From assembly GCA_963812015.1 (NCBI GenBank), contig CAWETI010000003.1:2112001-2176000 (forward strand): a DNA stretch of 64,000 bases, read 5' to 3'. Below are positions 39,800 through 48,579 of this stretch, one piece after another. Under the pieces are notes generated by a model. That model saw nothing but the letters and a program-made list of their open reading frames with translations. It was not told the DNA's origin and made no database searches. This DNA comes from an uncultured delta proteobacterium. GTDB lineage: Bacteria > Desulfobacterota > Desulfobaccia > Desulfobaccales > 0-14-0-80-60-11. A program made the position numbers and the translations under genes. The first letter of the stretch is position 1; each line of letters begins with the position of its first letter.

Positions 39800-42700
39800 T
39801 TAGATTTCTACCTCCTTGAAGTCCTGGTGGTTGCCCAGCTTCAATGCCTCCACCACCCTCTGAGATATAGCCTCATCCCAGGCTGCAAGTATCTTGATCG
39901 ACTCCATGGCATCGAAAGCCGGGCAGGAATGGAGTTCGTCAGGGTACAGAAAAAGCTGACTATTCCAGGACCGTGGGTAAAGACGGCAAGAGCCCTTCTC
40001 GCCAGTTTTTATGGGGCTCGACACATAATGCTGGCACCATCCGCATTGAACAAGAGCATAAGACTCAACGGGGTTATCACCAACCAGATCCCCGGGCTCA
40101 GGGCCACTATCACCCCGGGGAGGTACGACCACACATTCCGGAACTTCTTGCCAATTGAGTGACGGGCTAAATTTTTCGGAGATACTCTCACCCATGTCTG
40201 CAATGTCTGCAATGTCTTGAGACCCACTACTGGCAAAGTTTTCCGGTTGCAGACATTCCTTTTCCGACGTCTGCAATGTCTGCTTTGAGTTTCCAATATC
40301 TGCATCCCGATCCTGAGTTTGCAGACTTTGCTTGATAAAGTTCTCCGATTGTTGATCCCATTCCAGGCACTTTGCCGCCCGATGGCCATTAGCATCATGT
40401 TTATCCGGAGAAATGGTCAGCTTCACGGCCCTGATTACCGCCCCCATGCCCTTCGGCGTCTCGATCTTGTGGATATTGGGAGCAATCAAGTTGTAATGCT
40501 TATGAATGAATCCAATAGCCAGGCGCCCGTTTTCCAGATGGGGCCGCAATTGATCCAAGGTACGGGCCAGCAGCCGGGACCGCTCCGAGATTTCCACAGG
40601 GACATAGTCCTCGTTCTCGATCAGCCGAAGGGCATCCTGAACCTGGCCCAGGTAGAAGTGAACGGTCTTAATGCCCCGCTCCAAATCTTCAAGAGACAGC
40701 ACTGTCCCAGGAACCCCCCCTTGGGAGAATATCTGTATACAGTTAATTATCCCGGTGAGACGCAGGACGTATTCGGCAGCCTTAGGCACAAACCCACGAA
40801 GTTGCGCCGGGAGTCGGTCTTTGCAAGAGACCAGTTGATTCCGCCAGTCAAAAAATCTTCCCTGAGCCTCCGAGGAAAGTATCATCCGGGCCGGTTTCTC
40901 AATCTTCCCCTCCCGGGCATAGATTTGCCCATCTACCCAATCCATAGCCCGATTAAGAACCGTTTCCCACTTCTCCCGGTCACGATCTGACCACGATTCC
41001 ATGGTCAGGTCATAATACGTCGGGGGTTCACAGGTCATCAGGAAACGGAACAAAGTGCCGTCTGAGAGGTACAGGCCGTCCTCCCCGGCAAAGAAGGTCT
41101 TAAAGACCTTGGGTTGGACCCCTCCAAAGATGGAGACCCGCGCCCCATTGAGGTACACAGTCCTCCCTGCCCTTACAATCCTTGCTGGATGTCCATCATG
41201 GAGGGCCAGCCAGGCTTCCCGATCGGTGCCTTTTGATTTGTATTGGTTCTGTCCGCTAAGAAAGGCACTAATTTCATCTTGGATCACCACGATTCCACCG
41301 TGGGGGGAGTTAACCAAATCGTCTCTCAATCCTTCCAGGGTCAGGTCCGACACAAAGTACCCTCTGGGGGGCGCAGGTGGCGGTTGTTGATCCCTCTCCT
41401 TACGGGGCAACCGTTTGTAATCGTCCATTGCTTCCCTGTAGCAGATTTCCTCCTTCCTCTGGGCTTCATTAACAGGTCTGGCCATCAAGCGGACGGGTGG
41501 GGTCTTCCCCTCCCCCGACTCCCGGATGTCCATGTGCCAGAGGATCAATGGAGCATCCCAGCCCTCCTTGGGCGAGACCAACAGCGTCCTTCCTATAATG
41601 GAGCCCATCAGACAGAATCCCGCCCCTGGGAGGGCGGACGAGGAGGTAGCGCAAGCTCTGCCCAGTTGTTGAAGGCTGTCGGCAATGTCAGACGGTAGCG
41701 CTTCCCAGGGGAAGGGGATGCGTGGAACCAACTGGGCGGAAAAATCCCAGGCCGTTTTCTGTTGCTCGTCTCGTGGCAACGGCGCCGCTTCTCGGGTCGC
41801 CCCGCCGTTGCAGCCAGGCTCATACCCGCCACTCCGGCCGCTGGTAAAATTTCCTAATTTCGCATCGCCGCTGATGATCTGCCGTGCCTCTGCCCAGATG
41901 CGGCCCTTGCAGGAATTGTGAAAGCACTGGTAATAAAGAAGACCATCCGCCGCCTGGCCGATAGCAGCCTCACCGTCGGCGTGGGTCGAGTCGAAGATGC
42001 AATGCTCCAGACAATAAAGGGTAGCGCCGCCCTGGGGCTTCACCTGTAGGACTTCCACGTTGTAGTGGTGGAGGTATGCCTCGAGGTCGAAGTGACCACT
42101 CATCTGCCCATGGGGGGGTGTCTTGGGAGTATCTTTAGGTTCAGCCTCGCCGGCAATTTTCTCCAGGAGTTCAACGGGAACGGGGATCCTGGCTTCGGGC
42201 AGGGAAATGATCCTGGCCAGCCGGTGCGGCCGGTCTTGGGTATCGTCACCTTTCCTGGCCATCGTGCCGTATAGCTTTGTCAGCCGGGCCGGGTTAAATA
42301 CCGCCTGGTCAAGGTCCAGGCCACGCGCTACCAACTGGTCTGCATATCGCCGCGCCAAGCCAGCCAGCACCGCCTTTAATAAAGCTATGTTTTCCTCACT
42401 GGGGGCCAGGTCAACGGGGTAAATCAAATGTCCCCCGTTGCCAGAGTCCCCCGACAGGGGTTCAGTCCAGCCCTCTTTTTCAAGGTCGGCGCGGATAACT
42501 TCGCCCATTGCCAGCGCCGCTTCGTGCTCTTGGTCTGTACTGGATACGCCCGCAGGCCGAATCGGGTCCAGGTCAATCAGCAGGTTTTTGATATGCGAAA
42601 TTTCCGCGTCTTTCGTCCGGTCCACTTGGGCTTTTAGCCGTTCGTTCGCCCTGCCCAAAAGTGCTTCCTGGCATGGGTTCAGGGTTATATAAACCCCTGC

Positions 42701-42934
42701 GGCCTTAATCTGTGGCGCCAACTGCGCCACTTTCCAATGGTCCCGGTACCAGCCGGCTACAATAGCTTTTTTGCCGCCAGCGTAACCTTCCCACGCCCTG
42801 CTTTTCGGATCTTTTGGGGCGATAATACATAGTTCGAAAACCGCGCCGTCAGGGTGCAGGAAGGTCAAGGTTTGCCCGATGATGGCTTTGGAGTCCAGGA
42901 GGGGCTTCTGAAGGTTAGGGGGCACCTTTGTCAT
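39800..42934 (-). CDS. Primase-helicase (AEP-like N-terminus, Zn domain, DUF3987/YfjI-like helicase)
   Basis: IDLDP and SGNGGH primase motifs, CFHNSC, ESGEGKT Walker A, QDEI, GGVQP. Confidence 0.85.
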   Translation of the reverse strand: MTKVPPNLQKPLLDSKAIIGQTLTFLHPDGAVFELCIIAPKDPKSRAWEGYAGGKKAIVAGWYRDHWKVAQLAPQIKAAGVYITLNPCQEALLGRANERLKAQVDRTKDAEISHIKNLLIDLDPIRPAGVSSTDQEHEAALAMGEVIRADLEKEGWTEPLSGDSGNGGHLIYPVDLAPSEENIALLKAVLAGLARRYADQLVARGLDLDQAVFNPARLTKLYGTMARKGDDTQDRPHRLARIISLPEARIPVPVELLEKIAGEAEPKDTPKTPPHGQMSGHFDLEAYLHHYNVEVLQVKPQGGATLYCLEHCIFDSTHADGEAAIGQAADGLLYYQCFHNSCKGRIWAEARQIISGDAKLGNFTSGRSGGYEPGCNGGATREAAPLPRDEQQKTAWDFSAQLVPRIPFPWEALPSDIADSLQQLGRACATSSSALPGAGFCLMGSIIGRTLLVSPKEGWDAPLILWHMDIRESGEGKTPPVRLMARPVNEAQRKEEICYREAMDDYKRLPRKERDQQPPPAPPRGYFVSDLTLEGLRDDLVNSPHGGIVVIQDEISAFLSGQNQYKSKGTDREAWLALHDGHPARIVRAGRTVYLNGARVSIFGGVQPKVFKTFFAGEDGLYLSDGTLFRFLMTCEPPTYYDLTMESWSDRDREKWETVLNRAMDWVDGQIYAREGKIEKPARMILSSEAQGRFFDWRNQLVSCKDRLPAQLRGFVPKAAEYVLRLTGIINCIQIFSQGGVPGTVLSLEDLERGIKTVHFYLGQVQDALRLIENEDYVPVEISERSRLLARTLDQLRPHLENGRLAIGFIHKHYNLIAPNIHKIETPKGMGAVIRAVKLTISPDKHDANGHRAAKCLEWDQQSENFIKQSLQTQDRDADIGNSKQTLQTSEKECLQPENFASSGSQDIADIADMGESISEKFSPSLNWQEVPECVVVPPRGDSGPEPGDLVGDNPVESYALVQCGWCQHYVSSPIKTGEKGSCRLYPRSWNSQLFLYPDELHSCPAFDAMESIKILAAWDEAISQRVVEALKLGNHQDFKEVEI

Positions 42935-43209
42935 GCGTCCGTCCCCAGGCCCTGCACATAAGCCTCGACGGCCAGCTTCGTGAAACGGACCCCACCGGCC
43001 GCTCGCACGGCCTTAATCGGAAATGTGCCCAGGCTCAGTTGATTCCTGATTGTTTTTTGAGAGAGGTTGAGGACATCCGCCACTTCAGGGATGCTGAGAA
43101 GAGCCCGCCGGGAGAGCTTCAGGTCAGACCGGAGCTGCCGGAGCTCGGATAGGACCGCGGCCAGGGTGGGCTCTTGGGTTTTCACGGCTGGGCCTCCCCG
43201 CCCGGCCAT
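42931..43209 (-). CDS. Excisionase/AlpA-like HTH protein
   Basis: LLSIPEVADVLNLSQKTIRN…VRF…VEAYV. Confidence 0.8.
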   Translation of the reverse strand: MAGRGGPAVKTQEPTLAAVLSELRQLRSDLKLSRRALLSIPEVADVLNLSQKTIRNQLSLGTFPIKAVRAAGGVRFTKLAVEAYVQGLGTDA

Positions 43210-43385
43210 AGGTCCGCCGGGTTAACCCCCAAAACTGCACCCAGCGCTTCTGCTTCCTCCGGGGTAGGTTGCGTCACATTTCTTTCGATGCGAGAGTATC
43301 GTGGCTGCGGAATTCCGGTTCGGGCCGCAACTTCTCTCTGAGGCAAGTCACGTAACACCCGTTCGATTCTCAAAATGCTTGCCAT
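43182..43385 (-). CDS. XRE/Cro-like HTH protein
   Basis: QREVAARTGIPQPRYSRIER. Confidence 0.85.
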   Translation of the reverse strand: MASILRIERVLRDLPQREVAARTGIPQPRYSRIERNVTQPTPEEAEALGAVLGVNPADLWPGGEAQP

Positions 43386-43477
43386 ATTTAACCCCTTCAA
43401 TGCAAATGATGAGGTTAAATTAATTCAAACAAGAAAAAGGGGAAAGACGTAAAAAAGGTATTACCAAAAATGCGGGG

Positions 43478-44197
43478 TTATTTGGGGATGGGGAGTGATT
43501 GTCTGCTTTGTAAAGACACTTCCTCAATCCAGGCCTCAACCTTTAAAATGGCTCTTGCGACAAATTCTTTTTGGCCACGCTCTTTGTCCAAATGATTGAG
43601 TTTATCCTTTAATGCTGCAATAATCTGCCTTGGCTTACTACCTTGTTTATGGAGTTCGAAAACCTCAAATTCCAGATCATTAGGGGGATTAGCTGGCCTA
43701 TCAACGATCTCTAATGGTTTTAATTCATGGATCATCGCCTTTATTTCAGCGTCAATCGTGGTAGACCGCTCCCTCAAATCAATTCGAATAGTGAGGTAGC
43801 CATCTTCCAGGCTTAACAGGGATACTGCCTTGCCACCATCTTTTAGGAGGGTGTGCGACGGCCAATCTGCCATATTCCCTGGCATTTGAAGTAATTGCTC
43901 AAAAGTCAGAGGAATGGACAGGCCATATTTAAGCTGTAATTCCAACCCTTCAGGCGAACGATTCATAAATTCAGTCCAAAATGCAAGATTATGCCCATTG
44001 AGCCAAGTCAGGAGATCATCAGGATTGTTAAGACTTTCTCCAGGCGGGAAAAATTTCCCGTATTTTTTTAATGCATATTGGGCTGCCTTCTCAAGTTTTT
44101 CCTTTTGAAAATCGGGATTGAGCCTTAGGCCCTTGATCACAGCCTCAGCTCTTTGCCGCCGTTCTTCCTTAATCTGCTTTTCTGTCTTGGCTCCCAT
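43478..44197 (-). CDS. Hypothetical protein (possible C-terminal HTH regulator)
   Basis: 239-aa ORF with GGAGAGG RBS; first gene after attP in the circular form. Confidence 0.7.
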   Translation of the reverse strand: MGAKTEKQIKEERRQRAEAVIKGLRLNPDFQKEKLEKAAQYALKKYGKFFPPGESLNNPDDLLTWLNGHNLAFWTEFMNRSPEGLELQLKYGLSIPLTFEQLLQMPGNMADWPSHTLLKDGGKAVSLLSLEDGYLTIRIDLRERSTTIDAEIKAMIHELKPLEIVDRPANPPNDLEFEVFELHKQGSKPRQIIAALKDKLNHLDKERGQKEFVARAILKVEAWIEEVSLQSRQSLPIPK

Positions 44198-44231
44198 CGC
44201 CGCCTCTCCCCGCAGCTCTCCAAGAGGTTGA

Positions 44232-44292
44232 CCCCCAGGGCGGTGGAGATGAACCGCCCTGTCCCCTCGGTGATCAGCCGGCGGTTAGGGGG
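44232..44292. ncRNA. C4/CI-like structured RNA candidate
   Basis: Outer CCCCC/GGGGG stem, CAGGGCGGT-ggagatga-ACCGCCCTG and CGG-tgatcag-CCG hairpins. Confidence 0.5.
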
Positions 44293-44564
44293 CCAAATTT
44301 TATATCTACTCTACCACAAAAAACTATGATGTTTGGTCAACAAATATTCCTCTATCAGGACAGAGCAACGTATATTTTTAATTGGGAGTCCGTTGCTCGC
44401 CAGGGTCAGAACTTGGTCAACATTTGGTCAACAACTATCCAAAAATAACCCTCCATTTCCCTCCATTTCCCGGTATGTCCTGTTTTATGCGGTGATGGTA
44501 TAAGCCCTTGATATTCCTTTATCCTTGGCTATCCTTGGGCTTCCTTAAATCTCCCTGCCCAAGA

Positions 44565-44612
44565 ACTTCTAATCCGTCGGTCGGAGGTTCGAATCCTCCC
44601 AGGCGCGCCAGT
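44565..44612 (+). repeat. attR (duplicated 3' part of tRNA-Arg)
   Basis: 48/48 identity to 12748-12795. Confidence 0.95.
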
Positions 44613-44621
44613 AATTACAAT

Positions 44622-44647
44622 GGGTTAGCATAATAGCTAACCCTTTT
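44622..44647 (+). terminator. Terminator-like hairpin after attR
   Basis: gggttagc-ataata-gctaaccc followed by ctttt. Confidence 0.7.
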
Positions 44648-44897
44648 GTATTCCTGCATACGAATAATTTACCACTTAATTACCACCTTCAACATGACGC
44701 CGTTAAACGTGACGCCGTGCCTGGAAGGGGGTGGCTCTCAACCACCCTGGCAAATAACAGTGACCCAAGATTAAACCGAAGTTTGACCACGGCTGGTTTT
44801 AGCCCGTGTAAAGATATTTTCAAATTGAAGGACATGTAGTAGGGTGAAAGATAGTAAATTTACAATGAATTCTCCAAAAATGGGATAGGGAAACTTT

Positions 44898-45155
44898 ATG
44901 GCAAAAGACGAATACGAAGCCATTAAAAAAATAATGGAGGACAAAGAGCTTGCCGACGAAATGGAGAAGGTTAGCCCTGGGATGAAAGCCCAAATGGCAG
45001 GCTATTTGCTTAGTCCCTGGTTGCCACACGGAGGAATCAGAAAAATATTAATGATTATCATTGCACTGGTTGCGCTTGTCAGTGGTGGCGTGTATGGTAA
45101 AAAACTATTTTTCTTGCTTCTTCTAATATTATTTTTTTCTCCCCGAGGATCGTAG
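44898..45155 (+). CDS. Small membrane protein (possibly frameshifted at a T7 run, which would extend it to 45196)
   Basis: Two hydrophobic segments; the alternative frame reads FSPRIVAEVAMFIGRISGK*. Confidence 0.6.
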   Translation: MAKDEYEAIKKIMEDKELADEMEKVSPGMKAQMAGYLLSPWLPHGGIRKILMIIIALVALVSGGVYGKKLFFLLLLILFFSPRGS

Positions 45156-45254
45156 CGGAAGTAGCCATGTTTATAGGTAGAATTTCTGGAAAATAATATC
45201 AGAAATTATATGTTAGTTTATCTGCCTATACATTAACATGGCTGAGGTGTAATA

Positions 45255-46328
45255 ATGAACGAAATTAATAATAATTCATTAAATTATTCAACTCTGGCCA
45301 ATAATATTTTTGAAAAAGTAAAATATCCAGCTTCAGAAATTGATATTATGAATTTGGCAAAAAATATCAGGCTATTAGAAGAAAGAGGGCTAACTAAGCT
45401 AAATCGTCGTCTTATTGAAGGCGGGAGGAAAGTTTGGGATACTTTTTCAGAGCACAATTTTGCTGTTAAGTTGATTTCCCAACACAATGATGAAACTCCT
45501 ATCAGTTATGAACCTGAAGAATTATCCCCTCCACCAGATTTTAAAATTGTAATTTCGGGGCTAACTTATTGGGTGCAAATGAAAAGACTCTCTAATTTGG
45601 AGAGAGAAAACCGCCAAGAAAAAATTGGGCGAACTATAAAAATTAAAGCAAAAGAGATTAATATTGGAAAATTTTTTGGTTGCTATGTATCGAATAAATT
45701 TTCTGAAACAGATATTCCAGAATTTATGAAATTCATTGCCGACAATGCGAACCAATCTATTGAAGGTAAAGAAGTCTCTTTCCATAATGATAAAGACCAA
45801 AAAGCTAAGGTAGATTATTGGTATCCTAATAAGTCGAAAATATCATATCTTACCCTTGGTGCTTTCGGTGATATGGACGCTGTCAATGAAACAGGACTTG
45901 CAAGAAGCCAAATAAAACAGAGCTTGGAAAATGCTTCTGGTGCTTTTACGTGGGACGTTGATCAATATAAAATAATTCTGGTTGCTATTGACTCTGATAA
46001 GCATAATGATATAGACATTTGTGATGCTATTTTTGGAACAGAATTTGAAATGGACAGGTTGACCCCGGATTGGTTTTATTCAAGCTGGAGTCGTAAAAAT
46101 GATGGTTTTTTTGATTTACCCAATTTATCAAAAAAAATTGCTGGTGTAATTGCAATGAGAAGGACAGAACGGAATAAACCAGTTGCTAATTACTTTTTTA
46201 TGCTTTTTATTAATGATAATTTTAAGGACCGCATTGATGATCTGAAAAACCTACTTTTCTTCAAGAAGGTTATTTATCGTAACATGAGACCTGCTATGGG
46301 CGGGAATGGATATTTTGAATTAGCATAA
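45255..46328 (+). CDS. AT-rich hypothetical protein, PD-(D/E)xK nuclease-like
   Basis: E…YEP…PPDF…WVQMK spacing; GAGGTG RBS. Confidence 0.6.
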   Translation: MNEINNNSLNYSTLANNIFEKVKYPASEIDIMNLAKNIRLLEERGLTKLNRRLIEGGRKVWDTFSEHNFAVKLISQHNDETPISYEPEELSPPPDFKIVISGLTYWVQMKRLSNLERENRQEKIGRTIKIKAKEINIGKFFGCYVSNKFSETDIPEFMKFIADNANQSIEGKEVSFHNDKDQKAKVDYWYPNKSKISYLTLGAFGDMDAVNETGLARSQIKQSLENASGAFTWDVDQYKIILVAIDSDKHNDIDICDAIFGTEFEMDRLTPDWFYSSWSRKNDGFFDLPNLSKKIAGVIAMRRTERNKPVANYFFMLFINDNFKDRIDDLKNLLFFKKVIYRNMRPAMGGNGYFELA

Positions 46329-46417
46329 ACCGCCCCGCAGGAGCCCCGGAACCGGTGCTTGTTGCTCCCTTTATTAACTTTCAGGGGAAGGTTAATGAAG
46401 CCGCCTTTCACTATCTT

Positions 46418-46461
46418 CTATTTATCAGCAGGTTTTTTGCCCCGTGAAATATTTTGATATA
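46418..46461 (+). repeat. 44-bp direct repeat, copy A
   Basis: ctatttatcagcaggttttttgccccgtgaaatattttgatata; 42/44 identical to 47250-47293. Confidence 0.9.
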
Positions 46462-46636
46462 GCTGATTGTGAAAAGAGGAATGTTGGTTCGGCTTTCGGT
46501 AGGCTTTTTGAGGGTATAGGCGGGGGTGATCTATCGGTCCTCTTTGGTCAAAATGGCCTGTGTTTGACAGAAAACCGAATTTCCGCATCTTACGCGGATC
46601 AATCTAATTATTGTTGGCCATAGAAAGGAAAGAAGA

Positions 46637-47152
46637 ATGAACGATGAACCTGCCCCTGAATCCGATCTCCTGGTCCGGTTAGAGTCCCTTACGAATAGGA
46701 GCATGGGAGTGTCCTATCGAGATTTTGAACGTCTACTCAGAGAGGGTAATGCCTCTATCCCCGTCTCTCACCTGCACCAAGTTCTCAATTTTGCGTGTGA
46801 TCAAATGGGCTTTTGGGAGGCTGAGTGGTTTTTCTCTCCTGCGCATTCTCCCAATACCGTTGCGAAAATAGAAATGGAGGGGTGGCGAATACTGTGGCAG
46901 GGAATTTTCAATATTCTTGTGGAGAATGTCCCGGATACTAGAGACCTGCTTGAGCAAGAGCAACAGCTAAGATTATTTGGGCACTCATTGCGGCGGGGAG
47001 TAGAATACAATGAAACAAAACCCTTCAGAAAGCTCACAGCAATTGTGCTTTCTCAGGCGTCTTTTGTATTTAACAAGATTGGCTTCCACAGCATTGCAAG
47101 AAACCTGTACGCATGGGGCTTATACCCTAAAGGGACAGTTGCCCGCCCTTAA
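46637..47152 (+). CDS. Hypothetical protein
   Basis: 171-aa ORF with AAGGA RBS, lying between the two repeats. Confidence 0.7.
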   Translation: MNDEPAPESDLLVRLESLTNRSMGVSYRDFERLLREGNASIPVSHLHQVLNFACDQMGFWEAEWFFSPAHSPNTVAKIEMEGWRILWQGIFNILVENVPDTRDLLEQEQQLRLFGHSLRRGVEYNETKPFRKLTAIVLSQASFVFNKIGFHSIARNLYAWGLYPKGTVARP

Positions 47153-47249
47153 TGCCCTTATTTCTGGCGTTCCCCTTCTCCCTTCCTTTCGCTACACCGC
47201 CACGGAATCCTCATGCCCCTCGACTGAGTAATCCCCGATAAAATAACTA

Positions 47250-47293
47250 CTATTTATCAGCAGGTTTTTAGACCCGTGAAATATTTTGATATA
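47250..47293 (+). repeat. 44-bp direct repeat, copy B
   Basis: ctatttatcagcaggtttttagacccgtgaaatattttgatata. Confidence 0.9.
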
Positions 47294-47314
47294 ATTATAA
47301 ATAGGAATTGTGGT

Positions 47315-47719
47315 TCACGGGTCGGTAGATTTCTTCAGTGCGTAGCTTTCCCGACGCCGGGCATTTATCCGGTCCTTGCTCTTGGCGTGTTTCTCCCGCC
47401 GTTTTGCCCTTTTAGCCTCAAGACGGGCCTTGGCCGCTTCAACCTCTTCGGGGTCCTTCTCGAAAAGGCTGATTTCGCCACAGCTTAATTGATCCGATAC
47501 CCTAATAATCATGCCCCGGACTTCGGAAGGGTGCTTGACGCCTTCCATGCGGGCGATTTCGGCGGGCCGCGCTCCCAGGAGTTTATTTAACAGATACCAT
47601 TTAATCCCCAAGGGAAAGCTCCCGGAGCGCTCTTCCACCATTTGCTTCCACGGCTCAAAATCGCGTATGCTATCCTTCCCCCCGTCCAGGGCCGTAACTA
47701 CTTCCAGGAGACGCTGCAC
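47315..47719 (-). CDS. Hypothetical HTH-like protein, probably 5'-truncated
   Basis: PAEIARMEGV HTH-like segment and basic tail; no clear RBS or start. Confidence 0.45.
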   Translation of the reverse strand: MQRLLEVVTALDGGKDSIRDFEPWKQMVEERSGSFPLGIKWYLLNKLLGARPAEIARMEGVKHPSEVRGMIIRVSDQLSCGEISLFEKDPEEVEAAKARLEAKRAKRREKHAKSKDRINARRRESYALKKSTDP

Positions 47720-47793
47720 CGCCGGCCGGTAGTTGCCCCGCAGTTGGGATAACTGCTTGACAGCAATTCCTCATTTACCTTATGGTGGGGTCA

Positions 47794-48579
47794 ATGTCCC
47801 GGATCTATGCCATCACCAATCAAAAAGGGGGGGTAGGCAAGAGCACCACCTGTGCCTGCCTGGCCGCGGCCCTGGCCGAAGCCGGTTGCGGGGTCCTCAT
47901 GGTCGACCTGGACCCCCAGGCCGGTCTGACGGTGAGTTTCGGCCTGGACCCCGAATCTTTCGACCTCACCAGCTATGATTTTTTGATCCGACCGGAAAGC
48001 ATCGAAATTGAGGCCACCATGATCCACACCGGGACCCCGGGGGTTGACTTGATTCCCGCCAATCTCGATCTGGCCGGGGCCGAAGCCGAACTCATCGGGG
48101 AGATCGGCTGGGACCGCACCCTGAAAGAAAATCTCAATCTCATCACCCGGCCCTACGACTATATCCTCATCGACGGGCCCCCTAGCCTGGGGGTGCTCAC
48201 CACCAACAGCCTCATGGCGGCCCATCGACTCATGGTCCCGGTCCAGACCGAATATCTGGCCCTACGCGGCCTGACCCAGCTCCAGAGAATCATTCAGAAG
48301 GTCCAGAAAAAGGGGAATCCCGGCCTCCAGGTCAAATTTCTCCGGACCATGCACAGCAGCCGCACAGTTCATTCCACCGAAGTGGTGGAAGAACTCCAGC
48401 GGGTCTTCGGGGCCCAGCTCTATGAGACGGTGATCAAACGCACCATAAAATTCCCGGAAGCTTCCCGGGCGGGACAGCCCCTCCTCCGGTTTGCCAAGGA
48501 CTCGGAGGGAGCCCGGGCTTACCGCCGGCTGGCCCAGGAGGTGTTAGCCGATGACCAGGCGCCCACCCCCCAAAGGTAG
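47794..48579 (+). CDS. parA: ParA/Soj-family ATPase
   Basis: NQKGGVGKST, DLDPQ, YDYILIDGPPSLG. Confidence 0.92.
   Translation: MSRIYAITNQKGGVGKSTTCACLAAALAEAGCGVLMVDLDPQAGLTVSFGLDPESFDLTSYDFLIRPESIEIEATMIHTGTPGVDLIPANLDLAGAEAELIGEIGWDRTLKENLNLITRPYDYILIDGPPSLGVLTTNSLMAAHRLMVPVQTEYLALRGLTQLQRIIQKVQKKGNPGLQVKFLRTMHSSRTVHSTEVVEELQRVFGAQLYETVIKRTIKFPEASRAGQPLLRFAKDSEGARAYRRLAQEVLADDQAPTPQR

Larger units (their letters stand above)
12748..44612. mobile_element. tRNA-Arg-integrated genomic island (satellite/IME-like backbone with metal-uptake and type I R-M cargo)
   Basis: 48-bp direct repeat at both ends, integrase next to attL, replication/regulation module next to attR. Confidence 0.93.

Noticed and set aside
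44565..44612. Second tRNA-Arg gene
   Set aside because: Only the 3' part is present (no acceptor 5' strand or D arm); it is attR
12748..44612. Complete prophage or ICE
   Set aside because: No virion, terminase, lysis, relaxase or T4SS genes recognised
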